Origin: the human T2T-CHM13v2.0 reference genome, Homo sapiens
Strand: one strand, 5' to 3'
DNA length: 64,000 bases
Assembly: GCF_009914755.1 (NCBI RefSeq)
Contig: NC_060933.1
Shown here in pieces: positions 1-13,710 of this stretch. Each line of letters starts with the position of its first letter. Position 1 is the first letter of the stretch. The notes beneath the pieces were generated by a model. It did not search any database. It saw only the letters and a list, made by a program, of their open reading frames with translations, and had not been told where the DNA came from. The position numbers and the translations under genes are program-made.

Positions 1-3000
1 CAACTTGAATGGAATGGAAAGAATGGAATCAACACGAGTGGAATGGCATGGATTGGAATGGAATGGAATGGAATCAACCCGAGTACAGGGGAATGGAATG
101 GAATGGAATGCAATGGAATAGAATCATCCGTAAAGGAATGGAAAGGAATGGAATGGAATGGAATGGAATGGAATGGAATGGAATCAACTCGATTGCAATC
201 GAATGGAATGGAATGGAATGCAAAGCAATGGAATCAACTCGATTGCAATATAATGCAATGGAATGGAAAGGAATACATTGGAATCAACCCGACTGGAATG
301 GAATGGAAAGGACTGGAATGGAGTGGAATGGAATGGAATGGAATGGAATGGAATGGAATGGAATGGAATGCAAACGAATGGAATCAACCCGAGTGGAATG
401 GCATGGAATGGAATGCAATGGATTGGAATGGAATGGAATCAACTCGAGGAGAAAGGAATGCAATGGAATGGAAAGGAATGGAATGAAGTCAACTCGAGTG
501 GAATGGAATGGAATGGAATGGAATGGAATGGATTGCAATGGAATGAAATGGAATGGAATGGAATGGAATCAATCATGGAAGGGAATGTAATGGAGTGGAA
601 AGAAGGGAATGGAATCAACCCGAGTGGAATGCAAGGCAATGGAATGGAATGGAAAGGAATGGAATGGATTCAACTCGATTGCAATGGAATGGAATGGAAT
701 GGAATGGAATGAAATGGAATGGAATTAACCGGAATAGAAAGGAATGGAATGGAATGGAACGGAATGGAATGGAATGGAAGGGAATGGAATCAACACGAGT
801 ACAGGGGAATGGAATGGAATGGAATGAAATGGAATGGAATCATCCGGAATGGAATGGAATGGAATGGAATCAACTCCATTGCAATGGAATGGAATGGAAT
901 GGAATGGAATGGAATAGAATGGAATGGAATTAACCCGAATACAATGGAATGCAATAGAATGGAATGCAACGGAACCGAATGGAGTGGAATGGAATGGAAT
1001 GGAATCAACCCGAGTACAGTGGAATGGAATGGAATGGAATGCAATGGAATGGAGTCATCCGTAATGGAATGGAAAGGAATGGAATGGAATGGAATGGAAT
1101 GGAATGGAATCAACTCGATGGCAAACGAATGGAATGGAATGGAATTAACCCGAATAGAATGGAATGGAATGGAATGGAAAGGAACGGAATGGAATGGAAT
1201 GGAATGGAATGGAATGGAAAGGAACGGAATGGAATGGAATGGAATGGAATGGAATGGAATTAACGCGAGTGCAGGGGAATGGAATGGAATGGAATGCAAT
1301 GGAATGGAATCTTCCGGAATGGAATGGAATGGAATGGAATGAAAGGCAATGGATTCAACTCGATTGCAATGGAATGGAATAGAATGGAATGGAATGGAAT
1401 GGAATGGAATGGAATGGAATGGAATGGAATGCCTTCAAACCGAATGGAATGGAAAGGAATGGAATCAACACGAGTGGAAAGGAATGGAATGGAAAGGAAT
1501 GGAATGGAATGGAATGGTACGGAATAGAACGGAATGGAAGGAACTGGAATGGAATGGAATGGAATGGAATGGAATGGAACGGAATCGTTCCGAGTGGAAT
1601 AGGAGGGAATGTATTCGAGTGGAATGGAAAGGAATGGAATCAACCAGAGTGGAAAGGAAGGGAATGGAATGGAATGGAAACTAATAGAATGGAATCAACC
1701 CGAGTGGAATGGAATGGAAAGGACTGGAATGGAATGGAATGGAATGGAATGGAATGGAATGGAATCAACTCGATTGTAATGGAATGGAATGGAATGGAAT
1801 GGAATGGAATGGAATGGAATGGAATTAACCCGAATACAATGGAATGGAATGGAATGGAACGGAATGGAGTGGATTGGAATGGAATCAACCCGAGTGCAGG
1901 GGAATGGAATGGAATGGAATGCAATGGAATAGAATCATCCGGAATGGAATGGAATGGAATGGAATGCAAAGCAATGGAATCAACTCGATTGCAATGGAAT
2001 GGAATGGAATGGAAAGGAATACATTGGAATCAACCCGAGTGGAATGGAATGGAAAGGACTGGAATGGAGTGGAATGGAATGTAATGCAATGGAATGGAAT
2101 CAACTCGATTGGAATGGAATGGAATGGAATGGAATGGAATGGAATGGAATTAACCCGAATAGAATGGAAAGGAATGGAATGGAATGGAACGGAACGGAAC
2201 GGAATGGAATGGAATGGAATGGAATGGAATGGAATGGAATGGAATGGAATGGAATCAACTCGATTGCAATCGAATGGAATGGAATGGAATTAACCCGAAT
2301 GGAATGGAATGGAATGGAATGGAATGGAACGGAACGGAACGGAATGGAATGGAATGGAATGGAATGGAATGGAATGGAATGGAACGGAAAGGAATGGAAT
2401 GGAATGGAATGGAATGGAAAGGAATGGAATGGAATGGAATGGAATCAACGCGAGTGCAGGGGAATGGAATGGAATGGAATGCAATGGAATGGAATCTTCC
2501 GGAATGGAATGGAATGGAATGGAATGGAATGGAATGGAATAAACCCGAGTGCAATGGAATGGAGTGGAATGGAATGGAATGGAATGGAACAACCCGAATG
2601 GAATGGAATGTAATGGAGAGTAAGGGAGTTGAATAGAATCAATCCGAATGTAATGGAATGGAATGGAACGGAATGGAATTGAATGGAATGGAATGGAATG
2701 CAATGGAATGGAAACAACCCGAGTGCAATGGAATGGAGAGGAATGGAATGGAATGGAATGGAAACTACCCGAATGGAATGGAATGTAATGGAGTGTAAGG
2801 GAATTGAATAGAATCAATCCGAATGTAATGGAATGGAATGGAACGGAATGGAATGGAATGGAATGGAATGGAATGCAATGGAATGGAATGCAATGGAATG
2901 GAATCAACCCGAGTGCAATCGAATGGAATCGAATGGAATGGAATGCAATGGAATGGATTCAACTTGAATGGAATGGAAAGAATGGAATCAACACGAGTGG

Positions 3001-5698
3001 AATGGCATGGATTGGAATGCAATGGAATGGAATCAACCCGAGTACAGGGGAATGGAATGGAATGGAATGCAATGGAATGGAATCATCCGTAATGGAATGG
3101 AAAGGAATGGAATGGAATGGAATGGTATGGAATGGAATGGAATCAACACGATTGCAATGGAATGGAATGGAATGGAATTAACCCGATTAGAATGGAATGG
3201 AATGGAACGGAATGGAATGGAATGGTATGGAATGGTATGGAACGGAACGGAATGGAATGGAATGGAATGGAATGGAATCAACGCGAGTGCAGGGGAATGG
3301 AATGGAATGGAATGCAATGGAATGGAATCTTCCGGAATGGAATGGAATGGAATGGAATGGAATGAAATGCAATGGATTGAACTCGATTGCAATGGAATGT
3401 AATAGAATGGGATGGAATGGAATGGAATGGAATTAACCCGAATAGAATGGAATGGAATGGAATGGAATGGAATGGAATGGAACGGAATGGAACGGAATGG
3501 AATGGAATGGAGTGGAATGGAATGGAATGGAATGGTATGGAATGGAATGGAATGGTACGGAATAGAATGGAATGGAACGAATTGTAATGGAATGGAATTG
3601 AATGGAATGGAATGGAATCAACGCGAGTGCAGGGGAATGTAATGGAACGGAATGCAATGGAATGGAATCCTCTGGAATGGAATGGAATGGAATGGAATGG
3701 AACGGAATCAACCCGAGTGCAATGGATTGAAGTGGAATGGCATGGAATGGAATGGAACAACCCGAATGGAATGGAATGTAATGGAGAGTAAGGGAGTTGA
3801 ATAGAATCAATCCGAATGTAATGGAATGGAATGCAACGGAATGGAATGGAATGGAATGCAATGGAATGGAATGGAATGGAATGCAAAGGAATGGAATCAA
3901 CCCGAGTAGAATGGCATGGAATGGAATGCAATGGATTGGAATGGAATGGAATCAACTCGAGTGGAAAGGAATGGAATGGAATGGAAAGGAGTGGACTGAA
4001 GTCAACTCGAGTGGAATGGAATGGAATGGAATGGATTGGAATGGATTGCAATGGAATGAAATGGAATGGAATGGAATGGAATCAATCATTCCGAGTGGAA
4101 TGGAAGGGAATGTAATGGAGTGGAAAGAAGGGAATGGAATCAACCCGAGTGGAATGCAAGGCAATTGAATGGAATGGAAAGGAATGGAATGGAATCAAAT
4201 CGATTGCAATGGAATGGAATGGAATGGAATGGAATGGAATGGAATTAACGGGAATAGAATGGAATGGAATGGAATGGAAGGGAAGGGAATGAACACGAGT
4301 GCAGGGGAATGGAATGGAATGGAATGCAATGGAATGGAATCATCCGGAATTGAATGGAATGGAATGGAATGCAATGGAATGGAATCAACCCGAGTGCAAT
4401 CGAATGGAATGGAATGCAATGGAATGCAATGGAATGGATTCAACTAGAATGCAATGGAAAGAATGGAATCAACAAGAGTGGAAGGGTATGGATTGGAATG
4501 GAATGGAATGGAATCAACCCGAGTACAGGGGAATGGAATGGAATGTAATCCAATGGAATGGAATCATCCGTAATGGAATGGAAAGGAATGGAATGGAATG
4601 GAATGGAATGGAATGGAATGGAATGGAAAAAATTGGTTGCAATCGAATGGAATTGAATGGAATTAACCCGAATAGAATGGAATGGAATGGAATGGAACGG
4701 AACGGAATGGAATGGAATGGAATGGAATGGAATGGAATGGAATGGAATGGGAAGGAAAGGAAGGGAATGGAATGGAATAGAATGGAATAGAATGGAATCA
4801 ACGCGAGTGCAGGGGAATGGAATGGAATGGAATGGAATCGAATGGAATGGAATGGAATTAACCGGAATAGAATGGAATGGAATGGAATGGAACGGAACGG
4901 AATGGAATGGAATGGAATGGAATGGAATGGAATGGAATGGAATCAATCCGAGTGCAGGGGAATGGAATGGAATGGAATGCAATGGAATGGAATCATCCGG
5001 AATGGAATGGAGTGGAATGGAATGGAATCAACCCGAGTGCAATGGAATGGATTCGAACGGAATGGAATGGAATGGAATGGATTCAACAAGAATGGAATGG
5101 AAAGGAATGGAATCAACCCGAGTGTAATGGCATGGAATGGAACGGAATGGAATGGGATGGAATGGAATGGTATGGAATATAATGGAATGGAATGAAATGG
5201 AATGGAATGGAATGGAATGGAATGGAATGGAATGGAATGGAATGGAATGAACCCGTGTGCAATGGAATGGAATGGAATGGAATGGAATGGATTCAACTCG
5301 AATGGAATCAACTCGATTGCAATGGAATGGAATGGAATTGAAAGGAATAGAATGGAATCAACCCGAGTGGAATGGAATGGAAAGGAATGGAATGGAGTGG
5401 AATGGAATGGAATGGAATTAACCCGAATAGAATGAAGTGGAACGGAATGGAATGGAATGGAATGGAATGGAATGGAATGGAATCAACCCGAGTGCAGGGG
5501 AATGCAATGGAATGGAATGCAATGGAATGGAATCATCCGGAATGGAATGGAATGGAATGGAATGGAATGGAATGGAATGGAATGGAATGGAATCAACTCG
5601 ATTTCAATGGAATGGAATGGAATAGAATGGAATGGAATTAACACGAATAGAATGGAATGGAATGGAATGCAATGGAACAGAAAGGAATGGAATGGAAT
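1..5698 (+). repeat. Satellite III (HSat3) array, GGAAT on the + strand (left block, runs off the window start)
   Basis: Continuous GGAAT pentamers interrupted by CAACCCGAGT / CAACTCGATT / TAACCCGAAT 10-mers (e.g. 75-84), matching the classical Sat III consensus CAACCCGA(G/A)T(GGAAT)n. Confidence 0.97.
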
Positions 5699-5710
5699 CC
5701 ATTCCATTCC
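5684..5710. other. Intra-array inversion breakpoint (strand switch) forming a 13-bp perfect inverted repeat around a single A
   Basis: GGAATGGAATGGA (5684-5696), A (5697), TCCATTCCATTCC (5698-5710). Purine/pyrimidine skew flips completely here and nowhere else in the window. Confidence 0.97.
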
Positions 5711-5729
5711 ATTCCATTCCATTCCATTC

Positions 5730-7660
5730 CTTTCCATTCCATTACGGATGATTCCATTGCATTCCATTCCATTCCATTCCCCTGTACTCGGGTTGATTCC
5801 ATTCCATTCCATTCCAATCCATGCCATTCCACTCGTGTTGATTCCATTCTTTCCATTCCATTGAAGTTGAATCCATTCCATTGCATTCCATTCCATTCGA
5901 TTCCATTCGATTGCACTCGGGTTGATTCCATTCCATTGCATTCCATTCCATTCCATTTCATTCCATTCCATTCCTTTCCATTCCATTCCTTTCCATTCCA
6001 TTCCATTGCCTTGCATTCCACTCGGGTTGATTCCATTCCCTTCTTTCCACTCCATTACATTCCCTTCCATTCCACTCGGAATGATTGATTCCATTCCATT
6101 CCATTCCATTCCATTTCATTCCATTGCAATCCATTCCAATCCATTCCATTCCATTCCATTCCACTCGAGTTGATTTCATTCCATTCCTTTCCATTCCATT
6201 CCATTCCTTTCCACTCGAGTTGATTCAATTCCATTCCATTCCATTGCATTCCATTCCATGCCATTCCACTCGGGTTGATTCCATTCCATTGCATTCCATT
6301 CCATTCCATTGCATTCCATTCCATTCCATTCCATTGCATTGCATTCCATTCCATTCCCCTGCACTCGGGTTGATTCCATTCCATTCCATTCCATTTAATT
6401 CCATTCCATTCCTTTCCATTCCATTCCATTCCAATCCGTTCCATTCCATTCCATTCCATTCCATTGCAATCGACTTGATTCCATTCCATTCCATTCCATT
6501 CCATTCCATTCCATTCCATTCTATTCCATTCCATTGTACTCGGGTTGATTCCATTCCATTGCATTCCATTCCATTCCATTCCATTCCGTTCCATTCCATT
6601 ACATTACATTCAGATTGATTCTATTCAACTCCCTTACTCTCCATTGCATTCGATTCCATTCGGGTTGTTCCATTCCATTCCATTCCATTCCACTCCATTC
6701 CATTGCACTCGGGTTTATTCCATTCCATTCCATTCCATTCCGGAAGATTCCATTCCATTGCATTCCATTACATTCCATTCCCCTGCACTCGCGTTGATTC
6801 CATTCCATTCCATTCCATTCCAATCCATTCCATTCCATTCCATTCCATTCCATTCCTTTCCGTTCCATTCCATTCCATTCCATTCCATTCCATTCCATTC
6901 CGTTCCGTTCCGTTCCATTCCATTCCATTCAATTCTATTCGGGTTAATTCCATTCTATTCCATTCGATTGCAATCGAGTTGATTCCGTTCCATTCCATTC
7001 CATTCCATTCCATTCCATTCCATTCCTTTCCATTCCACTGCGGATGATTCCATTCCATTGCATTCCATTCCATTCCCCTGTACTCGGGTTGATTCCATTC
7101 CATTCCATTCCAATCCATGCCATTCCACTCGTGTTGATTCCATTCTTTCCATTCCATTCAAGTTGAATCCATTCCATTGCATTCCATTCCATTCAATTCC
7201 ATTCGATTGCACTCGGGTTGATTCCATTCCATTGCATTCCATTCCATTCCATTTCATTTCATTCCATTCCATTCCTTTCCATTCCATTCCATTCCATTCC
7301 ATTCCATTCCATTGCAATCGAGTTGATTCCATTCCATTCCTTTCCATTCCATTCCATTGCCTTGCATTCCACTCGTGTTGATTCCATTCCCTTCTTTCCA
7401 CTCCATTACATTCCCTTCCATTCCACTCGGAATGATTGATTCCATTCCATTCCATTCCATTTCATTCCATTGCAATCCATTCCAATCCATTCCATTCCAT
7501 TCCATTCCACTCGAGTTGATTTCATTCCATTCCTTTCCATTCCATTCCATTCCTTTCCACTCGAGTTGATTCCATTCCATTCCATTCCATTGCATTCCAT
7601 TCCATGCCATTCCACTCGGGTTGATTCCATTCCTTTGCATTCCATTCCATTCCATTCCAT
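5730..7660. repeat. Direct repeat with ~1.3-1.35 kb spacing immediately right of the breakpoint (~5730-6310 vs ~7020-7660)
   Basis: Same module order, with shared TTGCCTTGC (6006/7356), CGGAATGATTG (~6077/~7428) and the GTTGATTTCATTCC variant (~6168/~7515). Confidence 0.75.
6737..6751. promoter_or_regulatory. Canonical heat-shock element nTTCn-nGAAn-nTTCn (representative of ~40 copies)
   Basis: ATTCC GGAAG ATTCC is three alternating inverted nGAAn units. HSF1 binding to Sat III is established, but function of this copy is only inferred. Confidence 0.6.
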
Positions 7661-10600
7661 TCCATTCCATTCCATTCCATTCCGTTGCATTCCATTCCAT
7701 TACATTCGGACTGATTCTATTCAAATCCCTTACTCTCCATTATATTCCATTCCATTCTGGTTGTTCCATTCCATTCCATACCATTCCACTCCATTCCATT
7801 GCACTCGGGTTGATTCCATTCCATTCCATTCCATTCCATTCCATTCCATTCCATTCCGGATGATTCCATTCCATTGCATTCCATTCCATTACATTCCCCT
7901 GCACTCACGTTGATTCCATTCCATTCCACTCCATTCCATTCAATTCCATTCCATTACAATTCGTTCCATTCCATTCTATTCCGTACCATTCCATGCCATT
8001 TCATACCATTCCACTCCGTTCCATTCCATTCCATTCCATTCTATTCGGGTTAATTCCATTCCATTCCATTCCATTCCATTCCATTCTATTCCATTCCATT
8101 GCAATCGTGTTGAATCCATTGCATTTCATTCCATTCCATTCCATTCCGTAAGATTCCATTCCATTGCATTCCATTCCATTCCATTCCCCTGCACTCGCGT
8201 TGATTCCATTCCATTCCATTCCATTCCATTCCGTTCCGTTCCTTTCCATTCCATTCCTTTCCATTCCATTCCATTCCATTCCATTCCGTTCCATTCCATT
8301 CCATTCCATTCTATTCGGGTTAATTCCATTCCATTCCATTCTATTGCAATCGTGTTGATTCCTATCCGTTCCATTCCATTCCATTCCATTCCATTCCATT
8401 CCATTCCATTCCTTTCCATTCCATTACGGATGATTCCATTCAATTGCAATGCATTCCATTCCATTCCCCTGTACTCGGGTTGATTCCATTCCATTGCATT
8501 CCAATCCATGCCCTTCCACTCGTGTTGATTCCATTCTTTCCATTCCATTCAAGTTGAATCCATTCCATTGCATTCCATTCCATTCGATTCCATTCGATTG
8601 CACTCGGGTTGATTCCATTCCATTGCATTCCATTCCATTCCATTCCATTCCATTCCATTCCATTCCGTTCCATTCCATTCCATTACATTCGGATTGATTC
8701 TATTCAATTCCCTTACACTCCATTACATTCCATTCCATTCGGGTAGTTTCCATTCCATTCCATTCCATTCCTCTCCATTCCATTGCACTCGGGTTGATTC
8801 CATTCCATTGCATTCTATTCCATTCCATTCAATTCCATTCCGTTCAATTCCATTCCATTACATTCGGATTGATTCTATTCAACTCCCTTACTCTCCGTTA
8901 CATTCCATTCCATTCGGGTTGTTCCATTCCATTCCATTCGATTCCACTCCATTCCATTGCACTCGGGTTGATTCCATTCCATTCCATTCCATTCCGGATG
9001 ATTCCATTCCATTGCATTCCGTTCCATTACATTCCCCTGCACTCGCGTTGATTCCATTCCATTCCATTCCATTCCATTCCATTCAATTCCATTCCATTAC
9101 AATTCGTTCCATTCCATTCTATTCCGTACCATTCCATTCCATTCCATACCATTCCATTCCATTCCATTCCATTCCATTCCGTTCCATTCCGTTCCATTCC
9201 ATTCCATTCCATTCTATTCGGGTTAATTCCATTCCATTCCATTCCATTCCATTCCATTCCATTCTATTCCATTCCATTGCAATCGAGTTGAATCCATTGC
9301 ATTTCATTCCATTCCATTCCATTCCATTCCGGAAGATTCCATTCCATTGCATTCCATTCCATTCCATTCCCCTGCACTCGCGTTGATTCCATTCCATTCC
9401 ATTCCATTACATTCCGTTCCGTTCCGTTCCATTCCATTCCATTCCATTCCATTCCATTCCATTCCGTTCCGTTCCATTACATTCCATTCCATTCTATTCG
9501 GGTTAATTCCATTCCATTCCACTCCATTCGATTGCAATCGAGTTGATTCCATTCCATTCCATTCCATTCCATTCCATTCCATTCCATTCCATTCCTTTCC
9601 ATTCCATTACGGATGATTCCATTCCATTGCATTCCATTCCATTCCATTCCCCTGTACTTGGGTTGATTCCATTCCATCCATTCCAATCCATGCCATTCCA
9701 CTCGTGTTGATTCCATTCTTTCCATTCCATTCAAGTTGAAACCATTCCATTGCATTCCATTCCATTCGATTCCATTCGATTGCACTCTGGTTGATTCCAT
9801 TGCATTTCATTACATTCAGATTGATTCTATTCAATTCCCTTACACTCCATTACATTCCATTCCATTTGGGTAGTTTCCATTCCATTCCATTCCATTCCTC
9901 TCCATTCCATTGCACTCGGGTTGATTCCATTCCATTCCATTCCATTCCATTCCATTCCATTCCATTCCATTACATTACATTACATTCCATTGTACTCGGG
10001 TTGATTCCATTCCATTGCATTCCATTCCATTCCATTCCATTCCATTCCATTCCGTTCCATTCCATTCCATTCCGTTCCATTCCATTACATTCGGATTGAT
10101 TCTATTCAACTCCCTTACTCTCCATTACATTCCATTCCATTCGGGTTGTTCCATTCCATTCCATTCCATTCCACTCCATTCCATTGCACTCGGGTTGATT
10201 CCATTCCATTCCATTCCATTCCATTCCATTCCATTCCATTCCGGATGATTCCATTGCATTGCATTCCGTTCCATTACATTCCCCTGCACTCGGGTTGATT
10301 CCATTCCATTCCATTCCATTCCATTCGATTCCATTCCATTCCAATTCATACCATTCCATTCTATTCCGTACCATTCCATTCCATTCCATACAATTCCATT
10401 CCATTCCATTCCACTCCGTTCCGTTCCGTTCCGTTCCGTTGCGTTCCATTCCATTCCATTCCATTATATTCGGTTTAATTCCATTCCATTCCATTCCATT
10501 CCATTCTATTCCATTAAATTGCAATCGAGTTGAATCCATTGCATTCCATTCCATTCCATTCCATTCCATTCCGGAAGATTCCATTCCATTGCATTCCATT

Positions 10601-13600
10601 CCATTCCATTCCGTTCCATTCCATTCCATTCCATTCCATTGTACTCGGGTTGATTCCATTCCATTGCATTCCATTCCATTCCATTCCATTCCATTAAATT
10701 CCGTTCCATTCCATTCCATTACATTCGGATTGATTCTTTTCAACTCCCTTACTCTCCATTACATTCCATTCCATTCGGGTTGTTCCATTCCATTCCATTC
10801 CATTCCACTCCATTCCATTGCACTCGGGTTGATTCCATTCCATTCCATTCCATTCCATTCCGGATGATTCCATTCCATTGCATTCCGTTCCATTACATTC
10901 CCCTGCACTCGGGTTGATTCCATTCCATTCCTTTCGATTCCATTCGATTCCATTCCATTCCCCTGCACTCGCGTTGATTCCATTCCATTCCATTCCATTC
11001 CATTCCATTCCATTCCTTTCCGTTCCATTCCATTCCATTCCATTCCATTCTATTCGGGTTAATTCCATTCCATTCCATTCGATTGCAATCGATTTGATTC
11101 CATTCCATTCCATTCCATTCCATTCCATTCCATTCCATTCCAGTCCTTTCCATTCCTTTCCATTCCACTACTGATGATTCCATTCCATTGCATTCCATTC
11201 CATTCCATTCCCCTGTACTCGGGTTGATTCCATTCCATTCCATTCCAATCCATGCCATTTCCACTCGTGTTGATTCCATTCTTTTTTTTCCATTCAAGCT
11301 TAATCCATTCCATTGCATTCCATTCCATTCGATTCCATTCGTTTGCACTCCGGTTGATTCCATTCCATTGCATTCCATTCCATTCCATTCCATTCCATTC
11401 CATTCCGTTCCGTTCCATTCCATTCCATTACATTCGGATTGATTTTTTTCAATTCCCTTACACTCCATTCCATTCCATTCCATTCGGGTAGTTTCCATTC
11501 CATTCCATTCCATTCCTCTCCATTCCATTGCACTCGGGTTGATTCCATTCCATTCCATTCCATTCCATTCCATTACATTACATTACCTTCCATTCCATTC
11601 CGTTCCATTGCTCTCGGGTTGATTCCATTCCATTGCATTCCATTCCATTCCATTCCATTCCATTCCTTTCCATTCCTTTCAATTCCATTCCATTACATTC
11701 GGATTGATTCTATTCAATTCCCTTACACTCCATTACATTGTATTCCATTCGGGTAGTTTCCATTCCATTCCATTCCATTCCTCTCCATTCCATTGCACTC
11801 GGGTTGATTCCATTCCATTGCATTCCATTCCATTCCATTCAATTCCATTCCGTTCCCTTCCAATCCATTACATTCGGATTGATTCTATTCAACTCCCTTA
11901 CTCTCTATTACATTCCATTCCATTCGGTTTGTTCCATTCCATTCCATTCCATTCCACTCCATTCCACTGCACTCGGGTTGATTCCATTCCATTGCATTCC
12001 ATTCCATTCCATTCCATTCCGGAACATTCCATTCCATTGCATTCCATTCCATTCCATTCCCCTGCACTCGCGTTGATTCCATTCCATTCCATTCTATTCC
12101 ATTCCATTCCCTTCCTTTCCGTTCCATTCCATTCCATTAGATTCCCTTCCGTTCCGTTCCATTCCATTCCATTCCATTCTATTCGGGTTAATTCCATTCC
12201 ATTCCATTCGACTGCAATCGAGTTGATTCCATTGCATTCCATTCCATTCCATTCCACTCCATTCCATTCCATTCCATTCCGGAAGATTCCATTCCATTGC
12301 ATTCCATTCCATTCCATTCCATTCCATTCCATTCCATTCCATTCCATTCCATTGCATTGTACTCGGGTTGATTCCATTCCATTGCATTCCATTCCATTCC
12401 ATTCCATTTCATTCCGTTCCATTCCATTCCGTTACATTCGGATTGATTCTTTTCAACTCCCTTACTCTCCACTACATTCCATTCCATTCGGGTTGTTCCA
12501 TTCCATTCCATTCCATTCCACTCCATTCCATTGCACTCGGGTGGATTCCATTCCATTCCATTCCATTCCATTCCATTCCGGATGATTCCATTGCATTGCA
12601 TTCCGTTCCATTACATTCCCCTGCACTCGGGTTGATTCCATTCCATTCCATTCCATTCCATTCGATTCCATTCCATTCCCCTGCAATCGCGTTGATTCCA
12701 TTCCATTCCATTCCATTCCATTCCATTCCATTCCATTCCTTTCCATTCCAGTCCTTTCCATTCCATTCCACTCGGGTTGATTCTATTCTATTTGTTTCCA
12801 TTCCATTCCATTCCCTTCCATTCTACTCGGGTTGATTCCATTCCATTCCACTCCACTCCATTCGGTTCCGTTCCATTCCATTCTATTGCATTCCATTCTA
12901 TTCGGGTTAATTCCATTCCATTCTATTCCATTCCATTCCATTCCATTCCATTGCAATGGAGTTGATTCCATTCCATTCCATTCCATTCCGGATGATTCCA
13001 TTCCATTGCATTCCATTCCATTCCATTCCCCTGCACTCGTGTTGATTCCATTCCCTTCCATTCCATTCTATTCCGTTCCATTCCATTCCATTCCATTCTA
13101 TTCCGGGTAATTCCATTCCATTCCATTCCATTCCATTCCATTCCATTCCATTGCAATCGAGTTGATTCCACTCCATTCCTTTCCATTCCATTCCATTGCC
13201 TTGCATTCCACTCGAGTTGACTCCATTCCCTTCTTTCCCCTCCATTAGATTCCCTTCCATTCCACTCGGAATGATTGATTCCATTCCATTCCATTCCGTT
13301 TCATTCCATTGCAATCCATTCCAATCCATTCCATTCCATTCCATTCCACTCGAGTTGACTTCATTCCATTCCTTTCCATTCCATTCCATTCCTTTCCACT
13401 CGAGTTGATTCCATTCCATTCCATTCCATTGCATTCCATACTATTCCTTTCCCCTGCACTCGGGTTGATTCCATTCCATTCCATTCCATTTAATTCCATT
13501 CCATTCCATTACAATCCGTTCCATTCCATTCCATTCTATTCCATTGCAATCGACTTGATTCCATTCCATTCCATTCCATTCCATTCCATTCCATTCCATT

Positions 13601-13710
13601 CCATTTTGCTCCAATCCATTCTATTCCGAACCATTCCATTCCATTCCATTTCATTCCATTCCATTCCATTCCATTCCATTTTGTTCCAATCCATTCTATT
13701 CCGAACCATT
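13601..13710. repeat. 75-bp local tandem duplication with private variants
   Basis: TTG(C/T)TCCAATCCATTCTATTCCGAACC at 13606 and 13681, not noticed elsewhere. Confidence 0.8.

Noticed and set aside
5600-5800. Sequencing fold-back chimera as the cause of the inversion
   Set aside because: A read-level fold-back would give near-identical mirrored flanks, but the flanks differ in module content immediately. A mis-join cannot be fully excluded without reads.
5457-6109. ORFs that switch from MEWNG to IPFHS repeats
   Set aside because: They simply read through the inversion junction. They mark the breakpoint and are not evidence of a protein.
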